Origin: the human T2T-CHM13v2.0 reference genome, Homo sapiens
DNA: 64,000 bases
Strand: one strand, 5' to 3'
NCBI RefSeq assembly: GCF_009914755.1
Contig: NC_060935.1
Positions 60,590-64,000 of the stretch are shown here, in pieces. Under the pieces are notes generated by a model. That model searched no databases. It saw only the letters and a program-made list of their open reading frames with translations, and was not told the origin of the DNA. The translations under genes and the position numbers were made by a program. Positions within the stretch are counted from its first letter, which is position 1. The number at the start of each line of letters is the position of its first letter.

Positions 60590-60989
60590 TTGGTTTATAC
60601 ACACATATATATAATTTATAAAAGTTAAATTATGTATAAATGTCATTCTGTTTCCTGCTGGGTTTTTTTTAATCTAAGTACTATGCTTTCGGATCCTTCA
60701 ATGTTGTTATTTATGGTTTCTAACCACTACAAATCACTCTTCTATATTTTACCCATCTACTCTCCCATGGGTAGACACCCACTCAAGTCATTTTCAAATT
60801 TCTCCTACTAAATAACATTAAAATAAAATTTAAAAAAAACCTGTGCAAACCTTCTTCTGGCTCTACATAACAACTTTCTTTAGAATAAATACTCAGAAGC
60901 GGAATTGCCAGATCATAAAGTAAGAAAACCTTTACTTTTCCTAAAGAGTGCCAGCATGTTCTCGAAAAGGTATATGCTATCAAAATACC

Positions 60990-62970
<1,981 letters not shown>

Positions 62971-63079
62971 GGCACCTGCTAGTCTAACAATGCAAAAGCA
63001 TGCTTTTATCTCCAGCTTTACCCAACACTCAAGGTTCTTAGCATTCTAATTTTTGCCACCTAATGTACATTCCCCTCTG

Positions 63080-63625
63080 CCATTTCTTCCTGTTTTCATA
63101 TCCAGTTTCACATCACCTGTGATTCTTTTGACTCTGCCTTACTCCTGAGGCTCAGTCCACAGTGATATTTCTTCAGCTCTGACATTCACATTTTTTTTCT
63201 GCATGTTCCACACCCATCCTATGGCTATACTATATTCCTCAATAAATATCCCATCAGTTCTATCAAGCCCCAGATGCCTGTCCACTCATTCAGCATAGAC
63301 TCTCATATCTAATTCTGCCATCTTATTTATTCTTTCTGCTCTAAGCAAAACTTGGATACCACCACATGCCTGTCCAAGCTCCCTGGACTTTCCTAACTAT
63401 TTAATATAAGTATAAATAATTCCCTTCTTCCACAAAACCTGACACACATTCATTACTTTTATTCCCCCTTGTTTCTTTATTAATAGTATTTGTTCACATA
63501 TTTCTTTTACTAAGTGGATTCTGAGCTATTTGAGGGTACGGCATTTGTCTTGGATTTCATCTTTATTTCTTCCACATTTAGTAGGCTCTCAAAAACTCTC
63601 CCCTGAGTGACTGAATGAGCAAACA
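63080..63625 (+). mobile_element. L2 3' region
   Basis: Ends gagctatttgagggtacgg...tgtcttggatttcatc...gtaggctctcaa...tgactgaatga. Confidence 0.6.
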
Positions 63626-64000
63626 TGAGTAAATCAAATGTTATTTTGTATCAAGTGCCCTTAAGTAATCAAAGTTTGCGACACCCAATATATTAGTCAC
63701 AATTTAAAACTCTTTATTAACATAGAACAAAAAATAAGATGAGATAATTTTTAATTAAAAAACTGTATCTTAAAACCAATTCATGAAGGAGATTGATTGT
63801 TTGTCGCCTTTTTATTCTAAGAAAGTGATGTTTTATTAATTAGCCTCTCTGGTCTATGACCCTTTGCTATAGTTATCATTCTGCATATCAGTAAAGCTGG
63901 GATTTGCTAAAATGAAATATAATTGATAATCAACTCAGAAGCTAATTCTCATATCATTCTCAAGTGAATTCCATTTGACTCGATTTATCCTTTTCTTCCT

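Overview
Primate genomic DNA, most likely human: AluS/AluY, L1PA7 and LTR12 are all present. It is AT-rich and intergenic or deep-intronic in character. I cannot support any intact host protein-coding exon or CpG-island promoter. Every ORF I can assign derives from Alu, L1 or LTR sequence, and the rest look like chance ORFs. The window is a mosaic of transposon fossils: 14 Alus, a near-full-length L1PA7-type element (26121-32100), an internally deleted L1MA/L1M2 element (13261-17833), further L1 fragments, a complete two-LTR MLT1A MaLR element (19790-22134), an LTR12 nested in an LTR1 nested in an L2 (52129-54407), MST/MLT/MER31 LTRs, MER44/MER1/MER5/Tigger13 DNA transposons, MIR/L2 fragments and a U6 snRNA retrocopy. 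The most striking structure these do not explain is an old, roughly 300-bp inverted repeat (9204-9495 vs 10322-10626) with a 201-nt indel-free core at about 76% identity. Other points of interest are several rearrangement scars and a candidate developmental enhancer near 40.4-41 kb. Repeat subfamily names come from recalled consensus sequences, not a database search, and boundaries of old repeats are approximate.
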